A stretch of 64,000 bases of DNA, taken from contig CM120645.1 of the NCBI GenBank assembly GCA_051362555.1, positions 22,072,001 through 22,136,000 on the forward strand, written 5' to 3'. A program made the translations under genes and the position numbers. The DNA comes from Lingula anatina (lineage: Eukaryota > Animalia > Brachiopoda). Of the stretch, positions 47,801-59,783 are shown one piece after another (position 1 is the stretch's first letter; each line of letters starts with the position of its first letter). The notes beneath the pieces were generated by a model, which did not search any database, was not told the origin of the DNA, and saw only the letters and a program-made list of their open reading frames with translations.

Positions 47801-48602
47801 GACATTAATAATGCCAGCGTGCAGCTTTTTTAATTGATTTAATAAAACGACAATACATAGAATTCGACGAGATATTAATTCCATATTTCATCTTATTGCA
47901 CATTTTTCTAGACCATAGATGCCCCGATAAATTCATAGAAACAAGCACAGGCTGTTTGTTTGTTTCGACAGCCTTGGTAACCCAAAGCAACGCGTCGCAG
48001 TTGTGTGGGAGCGTCCATCCCAGTGCACATTTGGTGGACATTAAGAACAAAGCAACATACAAGACAGTCGCCAGATATCTACATCCCGCAAACTCTTACT
48101 GGATGGGTAGGTTTTGTATTTGAAGTATGGCTCCTATTTTTAATTTCTCAATTTGTGGCAATTGTGGCAATGTTTATATCTCACATTTCATAACGCCCAT
48201 CAAATTTTATTAGATATCTCCGAAAATATTAAAGTTCTGAAATAATTACTATTTTTCAAGTTTAGACAGCGTTCAAGTTTAGACAAAGCGATTTTCTTGA
48301 TCAGGCTAAATCGTGTCGCACTTTCGAATTGTTTTGAATAAAGTATAAGCAGATAACTTGATGCTTTATTATTACCAGGTCTAAACGACAAACAGCAAGA
48401 AGGAACGTTTGTTTACAGTGACGGAAGCAAGGTTGCCACCCTATACAACGAATGGGATTCGGGCCTGTCCACCCCTGCGTCCAATGACCGCACCAAAAAC
48501 TGTGCAGTGATAGATGGAAACGCAGCTTTCCAGTGGAGGGTCGTCCCTTGTGATAATTTAAACTTGGCTATATGCGAGCTTGATAAAGTGTGGTCCAAAT
48601 AA
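41197..48602 (+). CDS. gene C: secreted mosaic protein SP-CTLD(EPN)-TSP1x2-sushi/CCP x3-linker-GCC2/GCC3 (ephrin-receptor-like)-EGF-cbEGF x2-CTLD, about 933 aa, 16 exons
   Basis: Exons 41197-41449, 41694-41918, 42992-43171, 43482-43655, 43872-44045, 44505-44681, 45049-45273, 45414-45565, 45802-45971, 46171-46325, 46506-46667, 46892-46996, 47225-47341, 47591-47704, 47912-48106, 48379-48602; 2802 nt in frame. Motifs: WAALEPNH; [22 protein letters not shown]; CPVGTYH...[21 protein letters not shown]; DIDEC...CIN..GSY.C.C; [19 protein letters not shown]. Confidence 0.88.
44750..44829. repeat. (CT)n(AT)n microsatellite
   Basis: Directly visible. Confidence 0.95.
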
Positions 48603-50653
48603 ACATTGCCATTGCCGAAATTACAATTTATATTTAAAATACCTCAAAATTACCAAAATTTAATTTTTATCACTAAGCCCAAATCCCCAATCCGAAGTTT
48701 TTGATTTGCAAAATTTTTGTTTTCCAACTGAAAACAAATGTTTGATGCTTAATAAAGTTAGTAATCATCCTCACACAATTACAATGGACAATAGTACAAT
48801 AAAGAATGCACTATAAATCGCTGTCTGAAACTTGTTTGTTCCGCACGTGGATAGTGCTTGTGAACATACGTGTCTCTATATTGTAATTTTATTTAAAAAA
48901 TAATAATCTTACATATAACAGTCTTATATCAACACGCACGTTGTAAACAATGAATTTAGAAGTTATCTATGGAAAGCTATTATCATTATCCATTATTCTT
49001 GATGTACGAATTATTTAAGTCAAATCCATAGGTAAAAACAAAATCATTTTATACTAATCGGTGATTTTGAAAGATCTCATAAATAATTTATAGAAAAAAA
49101 AGGGTCAAAATAAATCTCTGTGATGACGGAAGATTATACAATCTAGGAAGGAAGGCAATAAATCTTGTTTAAATTTTAATAAATTGTAGCAATTTGTTCT
49201 TCGTGTTCTCTTGGATCAATCTAACACAAATATTGCATTATGACCTCTGGGGTTATCGGTAGCACTGACATGTACATGGTCCAATTACCAAGTAGAAACA
49301 CGTGAACACGTGTCCTCCGAAATGGGCCAATCTAATACAAACAGAGATTTTACGGCCTCATGGCCTTGTGGGTCGTCGCTGGTCAAAGGTACGAGGTGGT
49401 GTAAGTTGCACCCCGTAAACAAGCACGCGATAACTGATAATTTTTGTGTGCTCTATATGAGTGAATCTTTTCGGAAATTTTCCTGATTCTCCTCAAAAGG
49501 TAATATAAGTTTCTCTGGACCTAGAAAGTTTTGCTCCGATAAAATTGTCAGTCGATTCAGGCTCCAGTAGTGCCATAAAGCAAAAACTTGACTGCCACTT
49601 TCATAACTTTGAGCAACGATAAATATTCAAGATGGCCGCCAATTCCAATACAATATACTTCTATTTAAGTGAGAGGCCCTTGCAAGGTCTTAGTTGATAT
49701 CACCAAACAAAAAATATCTTAATGGAAGTTCTGTTACTTTATGGAATCATGTACGTAACTTTTGTCAAATTAAAAAGATCAGCCATCTGCCTAAAATAAC
49801 ACATTATTCTCTAAATTTGACTTAAAACAAATTATTTCATTTTATAGACATAATAAAGAGCTATAAGTACAGTTTTTAAAAGTTTTGCATTCATGTGCAA
49901 TCTTTGAGTATTCTAAAATATTTACAATATGGCCGTCATTTTTCATTCTCACTTTTCAGTCACAGGTTTGAACACAGTGCATATCGCAGGTGTTATATTA
50001 GGTTTTGATTCCCATGAATAGAATAAGTACTATGAGGCAAACACGTTTTTTTCTAAAATGGCCAGTAATACCAATTGAGAAATATTGATTCCCATATATT
50101 GGACCTGTGATGTTGGTAGCACCACTATTCATGGATACCTGTTCACTATAAACATGTTGATATGGTTTTCTCCGGTATTTGGAGTAGTTATGGTGCCATT
50201 TGTAAATCCAAAATGGCCTTTAACAGCCTGAGAAAACACGTTTTTTTTTTTTTTACAAATCGATTGCTTTCAATACGAACGTTTTTATTTTTAGTTATTA
50301 TGAAATTTGTAACAGTTTTCTGGTCAATAAATATTTTACATGATGACCCTCATAACCAATAGGATAATTCGTCCCCCGGAGTAGATCCTAGTTATCATGC
50401 CGGTGGTTGCCGAGTACATGCAATATACTAACAATCACATATATAGTAAGATAGATACGAAAGAAGTATAAACCAATTTATTTTTACGTGAAACAGGTTT
50501 ATCTTAATCAGAGAAGGTCACGACACTAAGTATGAACTAAATTATCGAGCTGAGGATATAAAAGGCTCCCCTGTCCTACATAAGAGAGTATACCCCCAAC
50601 TGAAAGTACATGTAGATCTCTGCATCTGCATATTGTTTCATCTTAGTTTCACA

Positions 50654-53600
50654 ATGAAGTCCATACATTTGGTCAACCATATATGGCTTGTGTGTGCATG
50701 CCACTTGATATCAAGCTTTGCGGCGTTTCCTTGCCCTATTCGTTACGAACCTGTAGGGTCTTATTGCCTGAGATTCAACCAGAACCGCCTCACGTGGAAC
50801 GATGCCCGCCGAAAGTGTTTGAGAGAAGGAGCGCACTTGGCTGTGATAGATACTGCGACGAAAAAAGATTTATTCATCAGTTACCTTACAAGATATGGAA
50901 GTAAGTGACGTTGCTGTTCTGTATCAGTGTACCAGTAGAATACATTGTTTATGCATGAAAATGTAAAAAACGGGCAGGCCCTTGATGCTATTTTTCAGTA
51001 TTTCAACGCCTACACTCAGTGAAGAATGACAAGATATGTTTTATCAAAAAAAGCTAAAGAAAACAAAGTTCTTAAAATTAGTTATCAGCTCCCCCCAATG
51101 AGACGACGGCGGACGTATTGTCTTGATGACAATACACATTTCTGAGTTTTGATATTGGTTGATATCCATTTATTAAAAGTTGTCTGTAATTGTGATTTTG
51201 GAGGTCCATCAGTTTGGTTGGATGGAAAGGATACCAATGGAAGAAGAAACTGAATATGGTACTCGACCGGTGTCAGCGTTGATAGATTTTTGTGGGCTAG
51301 TGATCAACCCAATAACTACAAGTATCATTTTATATGCCAATATGAACCAGGTAATTCTTGTTGAATGCCGTGTACTTTATAATCATAGAGAAGTCGTATG
51401 CCTATGTGCATTTCCTTGCAAGTCTCAGGATGAGGGATATGGGTCAAAATATATCCTCCATTGTAGCTTACCACTTCCTCGCTTTAAGAAAAAAAAAATC
51501 ATTAAATGTGGAAGCATGCTATTGTTATTTGCAACGTTTTAAGAAAACTAATGTGGATCTCGTACTGCGTACGAGTTCTCCGTTCTGCAAACAATGAAGG
51601 ACGTGTCCCGTGTTTTTTATTTTATTTTATTTATTTATTATTATTTTTTTTTTTTTGTAAAGTGGATGGAAAGGATTATTAGAGACATGTCATAGTAAAA
51701 ACACTCTTTTTTTCAACATGATATGTTTACTTGTTAAAAGTGGTTCTTACATGCAATTGCATGTTTTTTGTAATAGCAACCGGTAACGTGAAAAATACCC
51801 TAAGACGAAAACGTTCACCAATTGGAACACGAAATGGAGCCTGGGGAGCATGGGCATCATGGAGCACGTGTTCAGTAACGTGCGGTTATCAAGGTCTGAG
51901 GTCCCGCACTCGTCTATGTGATAACCCAGCACCCGTTTTCCCCGGTAAACCCTGCCTTGGAGATGACCGACAAACTAAAGTATGCCATCCTCCGCAGTGT
52001 CCCAGTAAGTAGGCTGCTGAGAGGTTATCTCCGCTGAGATATCATATCTGCAGTTAGATGTTATATGTTATGAATGATTGCTTAGTACTTTATAAGGCTA
52101 AAATTTAAAATATGATTTAACATGCCATTTTCAAATGTTTGATTTCTCAAATGAGGTATTGCTATGCTTTGATAATGCACTATTATACTCATAATGGTTG
52201 TCATACATGTATCAGTTTTGGAGTTAGGGGGTGTCGGGGGGGCTGCCTCGCCCCCCCCCCCCCCCCCTTTCGGTTTCTAGTAAAAAAAAATCACACCAGT
52301 ATTCCCCTCTTGATATCGGAATTTTGAAGAGCTGAATCATAGTTCTAAACTGCATCAAATGACACAATTTGCCCTCCAAAACACCGAAACCAACACACAC
52401 ATGGTGTAAAATATATGCAACTTTCATAAAAAATCCTTTCCTTTTGTTTAAATCCATTTATTATTGTATTTCATGTTAGACCCTTCTATATTTTTATTAT
52501 AGCTTGCCAAGTACACAATGTCCCTGGGGCCATGAGCTCGGTATCTGCTGCAAGAATAAATGAAAATGAACAAGTGAAGTATTACTGTCTACCAGAATAC
52601 AAACTGGTCGGCGGAAGTCTGATAAGAACATGTCAGGCTAACGGTACTTTATCAAATGAGGAGCCACAGTGCAAAAGTAAGTAAAAGCTAAATTTTAAGT
52701 AATAACTAAACTATCCTTACTCTTTCACAGATAATTGGAAATATTATGAAAACTCTCACAAAACAAAGGTACCAGATTTAAACAGTTTGGGTAAGACGAA
52801 CGTTAGGACTTCATATAAATGAAAAACAACGAGTAGGCATTGCTGCGTCAGCAGTATTTTTTTAAATTAAATTTAAATAGGCTAATTTAAACCTTCCTCA
52901 TCTTTTCGAATTTATGGAAGCAAAAAGTGTGACTGAAAAACAGGAATAATAGATATCTAAACTACCCCATTGATTTAAACGCCTGAAGTAGTGTTTGCCA
53001 CCAGGTAAACAAAACTGTTCTCTTTTGTACTTCGGTTATGTTTATCTTAATTTTTAAGTCTCGTCCGTGACAGAAGATTACAGACGTTCACTTGAAGCAC
53101 GTGTTTTTTTTTTTAATTTTATTTTTTGGTTTTTAACAACCGAAACTAGTGTTAGAAATGATTATTTTAACATTTCTAGAATGCTGTGGAAAGGCACGTT
53201 ACATCGTGAACGGTTATCCCAACACGTCTGCCACCTTGTGCTATGGTGACCACGTCAACTACCTGTGTGACAGAGGTTACAAGTCCTCAAACAGCACGCC
53301 TATTACCTGCTTGTCACCCTACGAATGGAAGTACATACCACTGCCTAAATGTGAACGTAAGATACGACTATTTACCAGGTTAAAATAACTGCCTCACGAT
53401 TCCTTGTATCTAGCTCTCTCCTTCTCTTTCTAATATCATTATTCCTTATGGTGATGGAATGTTGATTTACTTACCAAGGGAAGTAACCTTACCTAAATGT
53501 AAGATATCGTAAGATTACATAATTCTGTATATCATTACGTCTATAATATTTTGCATAATAATTATTCCCCGACGCATTGTTAGGTCTCGATTCTTATGTT

Positions 53601-54980
53601 TATTGGAATATCGTCTTTCTATTTTCTTCTAATTTCTTAACGTTCCATTAGATTTTACACGAGTAACGGGTATTTACAAATATTTTATTATTACATATAA
53701 TGCATCAAGACATTTAACCAAAACGATAATTATTGACACCTGAGCTGATTTATTTTACAACTTCAGCCGATGGAAAATGCGACTATGCTGATATCGCAGC
53801 TCCACAAGGCGGATATAAGGCGTGTACTGGGGACGAACTAAACAGAGTGTGCTATATGCATTGTTCCAGTGGACTGCAATATTCAGGGGGACATGACTTG
53901 TTTGAGTGTAGCGCGAAGACTGGATGGGTATGGAAAGTGCGTCTACAAGGTGGGGCCATCTATGTGCGCAGCAATGTAGGGGCGTGTCAAGGTGAGAAAT
54001 ATAATAATAATAAGCCAGGTAAAAAGTTAATGTTGAATTTTGCCCCCTTGCTTTGAGAAAGAAGTTACAAAGTGGATTATTAAACGCGATTAAAATTTTA
54101 CCAGTTTGGATAGAAATTACTGTTTCTGGTTTATTGATCTCGGTGCAACCATAGGTATTGAAATATAATTTGGTACTGTCGATATTTTTTCAGTTTCGGA
54201 TAGTGCGTCGGATCTCCTTATGTGGCTGACGGGTCTTGGCCTGACTACAGCCTCCCCAGCGCCAGACGCGGCACTGAGAGAAAAGATTAAACGTGAAATG
54301 GTAAAAAAGCTGCTGGCGGCAAATATTTGCTCATATCCTTGCAAGGTACATGGTCAAAAGGAAAATTGCTGTTGGAAAAAAGTTGAAGGGCTCTTATAGC
54401 TGTGAAATACGTGGCATTAGTTAAGCAAAATATAAAGTAAGCAAAATCGGCTTGCTTGATAAATTAGTAAGAGCGTATTCAGAACAGCGAACTAACAGAT
54501 CCGTGGATCAAATATGGCCGACCCACCTGATTGCCTGTTGCGTATTCCCCGCTATCTATTCACTGTCTTATCGGGAAATAAGCGGCAAGCATCCAAGTGG
54601 GTCGGCCATATTTGATCCACGGGTCAGTTTGTCCGTTGTTCTGAATGCGCTCTAAGTCATCAAGGTACATGAAGCGGATACGCAGAACCTAAATTGTCAA
54701 AGAAACTAACACATATGTTGAAATAATATATTATTAACGTCCATCAATATACAACATATTAATAGCCCAATTTTATTTGGATATAGATACAAAATTTTGA
54801 GATAGAACAAGCTCATGGATACGTAAATTGAAGATCCGTTGGGGTACAGGTCTGACCACTCCTGCGTCCAATGACCGCACCAAGAACTGTGCAGTGATGG
54901 ATGGAAACGCAGCTTTCTTGTGGAAGGTCGCGCCTTGCGATTATTATAAATTTTTCTGAATGCGAGTTTGATAAATTGTA
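50654..54980 (+). pseudogene. gene D: chimeric lectin pseudogene (CTLD-TSP1-sushi x3-truncated linker fused to a terminal CTLD fragment)
   Basis: Exons 50654-50900, 51204-51350, 51777-52004, 52503-52676, 53180-53356, 53767-53991, 54194-54345, about 54787-54980. There is an in-frame TGA at 51251 (TGG in paralogs) and an approximately 72-nt deletion removing two CTLD cysteines. The last segment joins the start of the gene C exon-9 homolog (with TGA) to the 3' half of the terminal CTLD exon ([22 protein letters not shown]). Confidence 0.85.
54471..54652. mobile_element. 182-bp hairpin MITE with TAA TSD (Tourist/Harbinger-like)
   Basis: TAA|gagcgtattcagaaca...ccgtggatcaaatatggccgaccca ... tgggtcggccatatttgatccacgg...tgttctgaatgcgctc|TAA. 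Confidence 0.88.
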
Positions 54981-55009
54981 ATCAAAACAAACACTGACAT
55001 TGCCAAAAT

Positions 55010-55880
55010 CATGTACAATAAAGAATACACTATAAATCGCTGTCTGAAACTTGTTGGCTCCTCACAATGGGTACGTTATAGTAAATGGAATGTAGCGCCT
55101 GTGAAAACGTGTATCTATATGACAATCAATATTAATCTCACATAACTAGCTGTCTTATATCAACATGCACGTTGTAAACAATGACTTTGGGTGATATTTA
55201 AGGAAAATATTATCATTATATCCATTCTACCTGTTTCAAAATGCCTTATTATGTAAGTCAAACCCATAGGTAAAATCATGGTGATTTTGATACTATAGAT
55301 AATTTCTACAATTAAAACGGCGTTAACTGGTCAAAAAGGTAACGTTATTTACATAAAATTATCCAGTTAAGAAAGGCAAGCAATGAACCTTGTTTTGAAA
55401 AATGCAGATGAATTGTGGCAATTTCAACATTAATCTGAATCGTATTTGCACTGAGTGCTCTCTTCAGTCAGTTGAGGAGAAGACACGTAAATGGGTTATT
55501 AGTAGCACTAACATGCACATGGCCCAATGACCAAGTATTAAGACGTGGACTCGTGTCCTCCGAAATGGGTCAATTTAATACAAACGTTGGTCTTATGGCC
55601 TCAAGACCTCGTGGGTAAACGGTAGCACTCATATGCACATGGCCCAATGACCAAGTATTGTAATATGTTAAAACACGTGGACTCGTGTCTTCCGAAATGG
55701 GTCAATCTCATACAAACACTGGCCTCATGACCTCGTGAGTCGTGGCTGGTCAAAGGTACATGTACGAGGGGATATTAACTGAAACCCATAAACAAACGTG
55801 AGATAACTGATAATTCATGATAAGAATGCGCTGTAAGAATGAATCGTTTCGGAATTTTGTCTGATTTTCCTCAAAAGGTA
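55010..55880 (+). repeat. segmental duplicate of the gene C 3' flank (about 48790-49510)
   Basis: Shared blocks such as cactataaatcgctgtctgaaacttgtt, gtcttatatcaaca.gcacgttgtaaacaatga and cgtgtcctccgaaatggg. This copy has a local tandem duplication (about 55500-55620 and 55620-55745). Confidence 0.8.
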
Positions 55881-56321
55881 ACATAATTTGCTTAGACAAA
55901 GATAGATTGCAATCTGCTCTTCTACTTCTGTCACCTGCCATGTTGTGTTTAAGGAATTATTGTAAATGTGAAATTAAAGGAACTGTTTCTTAAATACTTT
56001 AAAAACCAGTGCATTTTAAACAATGTATGCACTTTACCCTTCAAGACCGTGTGTTCTACTAAGAGCCATATGCGTCTTTTGGACGGGTACTATTCTAGAA
56101 ATGCATAATATTAAACGCTAAGAAACGCTACGCATTACCGCAGAGAAAATATAGCTTTACAAAATGTAATAATAACGGAAAGAGTGATTTCAAGTAAATA
56201 AGCACATTAAAGAGTTGCAATTGCAAAAGAAAAGTAAAAAGACTGATGTAAGCTTCAAATTCCGGAAGCCCTGCAAATTCAATAAACATCCAAAATGCTC
56301 TAACACCTTGCCTGCATTTCA

Positions 56322-56492
56322 CTGAATGGTGTGTGGGAGCCTGGCGAAGTTGGAGCAGCTGTTCGATTGCCTGTCGTTCAGTTCAACGCTTTAGTTCTTG
56401 TATCTGTGATAACCCCGCGCAAAAGGGAGCAGGTGCCCTCCGCAGTGACCTTGATTGACAAAGGGAGCAGTGTCACCATAGAGCCTCTCCAG
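56322..56492 (+). pseudogene. orphan degenerate TSP1 exon
   Basis: NGVW/GAWRSWSSCSIACRSVQRFSSCICDNPAQKGAGALRSDLD*QREQCHHRASP, with a frameshift, a stop and decayed splice sites. The downstream gaggaattaaccgagtta also follows the relic at about 40582. Confidence 0.7.
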
Positions 56493-57595
56493 GCATGTGC
56501 ATGACTTATCTATACTAGCCATAGGTGAGGAATTAACCGAGTTATAGCTCTTATGACAGTGACTACGTCAATCAGAGATATAAACAGTCGCATATTTATG
56601 CTGGTGTGTTTTTTTTCCTTCACTTACATCATGTGCATACTCAAATAATGTCCTGTTTTTCTTCAGCGATAATTCAAATATGAAAAAGCGTCGAAAGTGA
56701 TTGCCCAATTTCCATTATTAAAACGAGGCACAGTTAAAAGGGTTATAAAAACTAGGCTTACAATGTACATTCCGCCCATCTGTCGCCATAAACATCTGTC
56801 GCCCATCTGTCGCCCGCAAATCGTTTAACTACAGGAAAATGACAGATATTTATTGAATACAAAAAGTTGAACTCCTTAAGATTTTTTCAGACCAAAAATG
56901 TCCTAACAGATTTATGCAAAAGTGTCGATAATTGTTATCTAATTTTGGACGACATGGTGAATTTTGCAGTGGTACTGAACTTTGTAAAACTAATGATTTA
57001 CAATCTAATGTTGACTAAAATATTGTTTTGCTCATTTAGAGTTCGAACCTACAGGAAGGGAAATCCATTTATGGGGTTGTTTGTGAATCACGTGTTTAGT
57101 TGAATCAAAGCGCGTGTATATCTCATCAACAGAAAAATGCCATTGCTTGATTTCAATGATTTGTTGAATAAATGCTTTTACAGGTAGGTGCATTTGTTAG
57201 TTTATCTGTCAGTGTATCACCGTGGTTGAAGCCCTCTTTTTCATACATATCTACAGATAGAACAGTGGTATGCAGCTGATGGTGAGTCATTTTATAAACT
57301 TACCGGAGATATTGCAACAGGATTTGACTTCTTTGAAAAGTGGTAACTGAAAACAAAAGACAATGGTAAATGCAGTATAAGCACTGTCTCTCTCGTTGTC
57401 ACTGATTGTTGATCACCACACCAATGCGTATAAACCCCTTTCTTGGCAAGCTTAAGTATTTTTAGAGCCCACCCCAATTCCAAGTCGACCTCTCGACCAA
57501 ACCGTTTCAGTGACATAGAAAATAATATTGGTTGCAAAATGCGTTGTACTTGCTTTGTATTTCACGATTTTCTTTGATTGCAAAATGCGTTTCCA

Positions 57596-57690
57596 CAGGG
57601 GTCAACCAGCCTCAAGAACTATAACGGTGTCCTGAACCTCAGGTCACTGCACAGGTGCTTCACCTTCCCCAGGTTTCCCACACACCATTA
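57596..57690 (-). pseudogene. half TSP1 exon relic (paralog of 40236-40328)
   Basis: Minus strand NGVWETWGR*STCAVT*GSGHRYSS*GW.DP, followed by the same GCATTTTGCAA-type repeat seen at 40180-40235. Confidence 0.6.
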
Positions 57691-57691
57691 A

Positions 57692-58025
57692 AGGGATAAT
57701 AAACCCTTCGTATGATATCTATATTTCACAATAAAAACATTGTAAACAACTCAAATAAATATGATATATTCTGTTTTACCACAAAAATGGCAGTTATAGC
57801 TATTATTCTGATATCTGAGCTTGTCTTTAGACCACGTGCCCTCATTTGATGGCTATACTCTGTTTAAATCTCTTAAGAGATTTTAACGAAAAGCCAAACC
57901 TATTAGAAAAAAACCAGGGACTAACTTTGAATGTAAAAATGGATTCATTAGCCATTGGTAAGTATGGGAAAATTGTTGTTTACTCCAGGAAAATTCATTT
58001 TTTGGCCGAAACAGTTATTATCCCT
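57692..58025. mobile_element. TTAA-flanked element of the 33273-33907 family; end partly duplicated to about 58119
   Basis: TTAA|agggataata ... tattatccct|TTAA; contains the aaatctcttaagagattt palindrome. Confidence 0.75.
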
Positions 58026-58153
58026 TTAACCATTATCCCTTTAACCATTGGTAAGTATGAGAAAATTGTTGGAAAATTCATTTTTTGGCCAAAACGAACA
58101 GTTATTATTATCCCTTTAAGTAAAATGCGGACAATTTGTAAGACATTTTGGAT

Positions 58154-58340
58154 CACTGAGAATAAAATTGGAGTCATTTGACTCTCTAGTCAGAGTCCAG
58201 CACCCCTTGACCCTCTTGGAGTTAAATTGACTCCTATATAAGGGTAAAATTACCCCACTACCAAAGTCTTTAGACTCTCTTATCAGAGTCAATCACCCCC
58301 TGGCTCTCATGGAGTCAATCTGACTCTAAAGTCAGAGTCA
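58154..58340. repeat. array of GAGTCA/TGACTC subrepeats, possibly a CACTA/EnSpm-type end
   Basis: Starts CACTG; repeated ggagtca.tt.gactc.ct..tcagagtc units. Confidence 0.45.
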
Positions 58341-58977
58341 GACGGCGTGGAGAGAACAGTTTTCATCATCCTTTGTCAGTATAAACATTACTTTATTGGC
58401 CATAGTTGGTTTTATGCATGAACAATTGGTTTTCTGTGTGTTTCTGCATACAGAACTCGTGCACTTATTACTGACCCGGGCTTTCAGTTGCCCACACCCT
58501 TTATGTGATATGTTGGTATACAGGTCAGCAGGTTGTGTTTCCATGTTGTTACTAGGTGAGTGAGAACTATGCGGTGAGAACTATATAGGACAAACTGGAG
58601 ACACTCTCCGACATAGAATGACCGATCACAGACAACAAATAAGACAACCTAAGTATCATTGCACGTCTGTGAGTGGGCACATTAGGGAATGCTCTATGAA
58701 CAAAAGCAAGGACTTTACGGTATTCCCATTTTATAAATTCACTAGGGAAACAACCCAAACAGAAAGGGAAATGAAAGAAAATCTATTCATTAATAAGTAT
58801 AAACCTACATTGAATAGATAATAGCATTGGTAAAAGCAACAATTAAACATCCGTTGTTACAGACGTCACATTCTAGCCTTTATGACATCACCTAGTAACA
58901 AATAAAGTAAACCCCCTGAAGAAAGAATGAAACCGGTCGGGGCAAAATAGCTGATGTTCTTTTTTTCTTTTTATTAT

Positions 58978-59014
<37 letters not shown>

Positions 59015-59783
59015 ATGCTGTTTATTACCAGTTTTGCAAATTGTTTGTTATTGCTCTGCTAACTTCACGTTCGGCCGGATGGCCTTGTGGTTAGAGTGCG
59101 CGAATCCCACCGGCGGCAAACCGGTCTTTAATGTATGGTGCTGCCAGTAATTACGCCGCGGGATATTCAGGCCACAGACCGTGATCATAAGACATACCGC
59201 AAATAGAAAATAGAATTTAGAAAATAGACATTGCATGTGAACGAAGCCTTAGTGTACTGCTATGCTACCACTGCACAGCATCTCCTACTTGCCTAGATTA
59301 CATTTAAATTGCGATTACGCAATGTACGGTGCACATTTACTGCCCGCAATCATCTTTTCGTATGGCGTCTGAGCGGAGGTAGACGGTCGCACGATTTAGG
59401 TCCTCCACAGGCTCTACGATTTTTTCAAGCTGTGGCTTTTGACAAAACTTTAAAATCGTAAGCCCGCAGACCGTAACGTTTAAACCAAACATGTAGATTA
59501 CATTTGCCACATGCGCAAGCCCACCGTTTAACGCCCGTACAGTACCCGTGCAATTCCCGTTCTATGACCTAGGATCGTGTCCTTGGCGAACAGTGTGATA
59601 ATCACATGTTCACGCGTTCCTAGTTTTTGATCTTGAACGATGGATTCCCATGCCCCTATCTTTCACACGATTGGAGGCTTGATTTCTACATGCACATGTT
59701 ATTTTCCACAATCTAACGTATATAAGAACCACCGTTGGGATATAACCACATTTTGAAATTCGAACTCAATAAAAGCTGTTAAT

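Noticed and set aside
51251-51253. In-frame TGA as possible selenocysteine or readthrough
   Set aside because: It replaces a conserved Trp codon (TGG>TGA) and co-occurs with deletions and further stops, so pseudogenisation is the simpler explanation.
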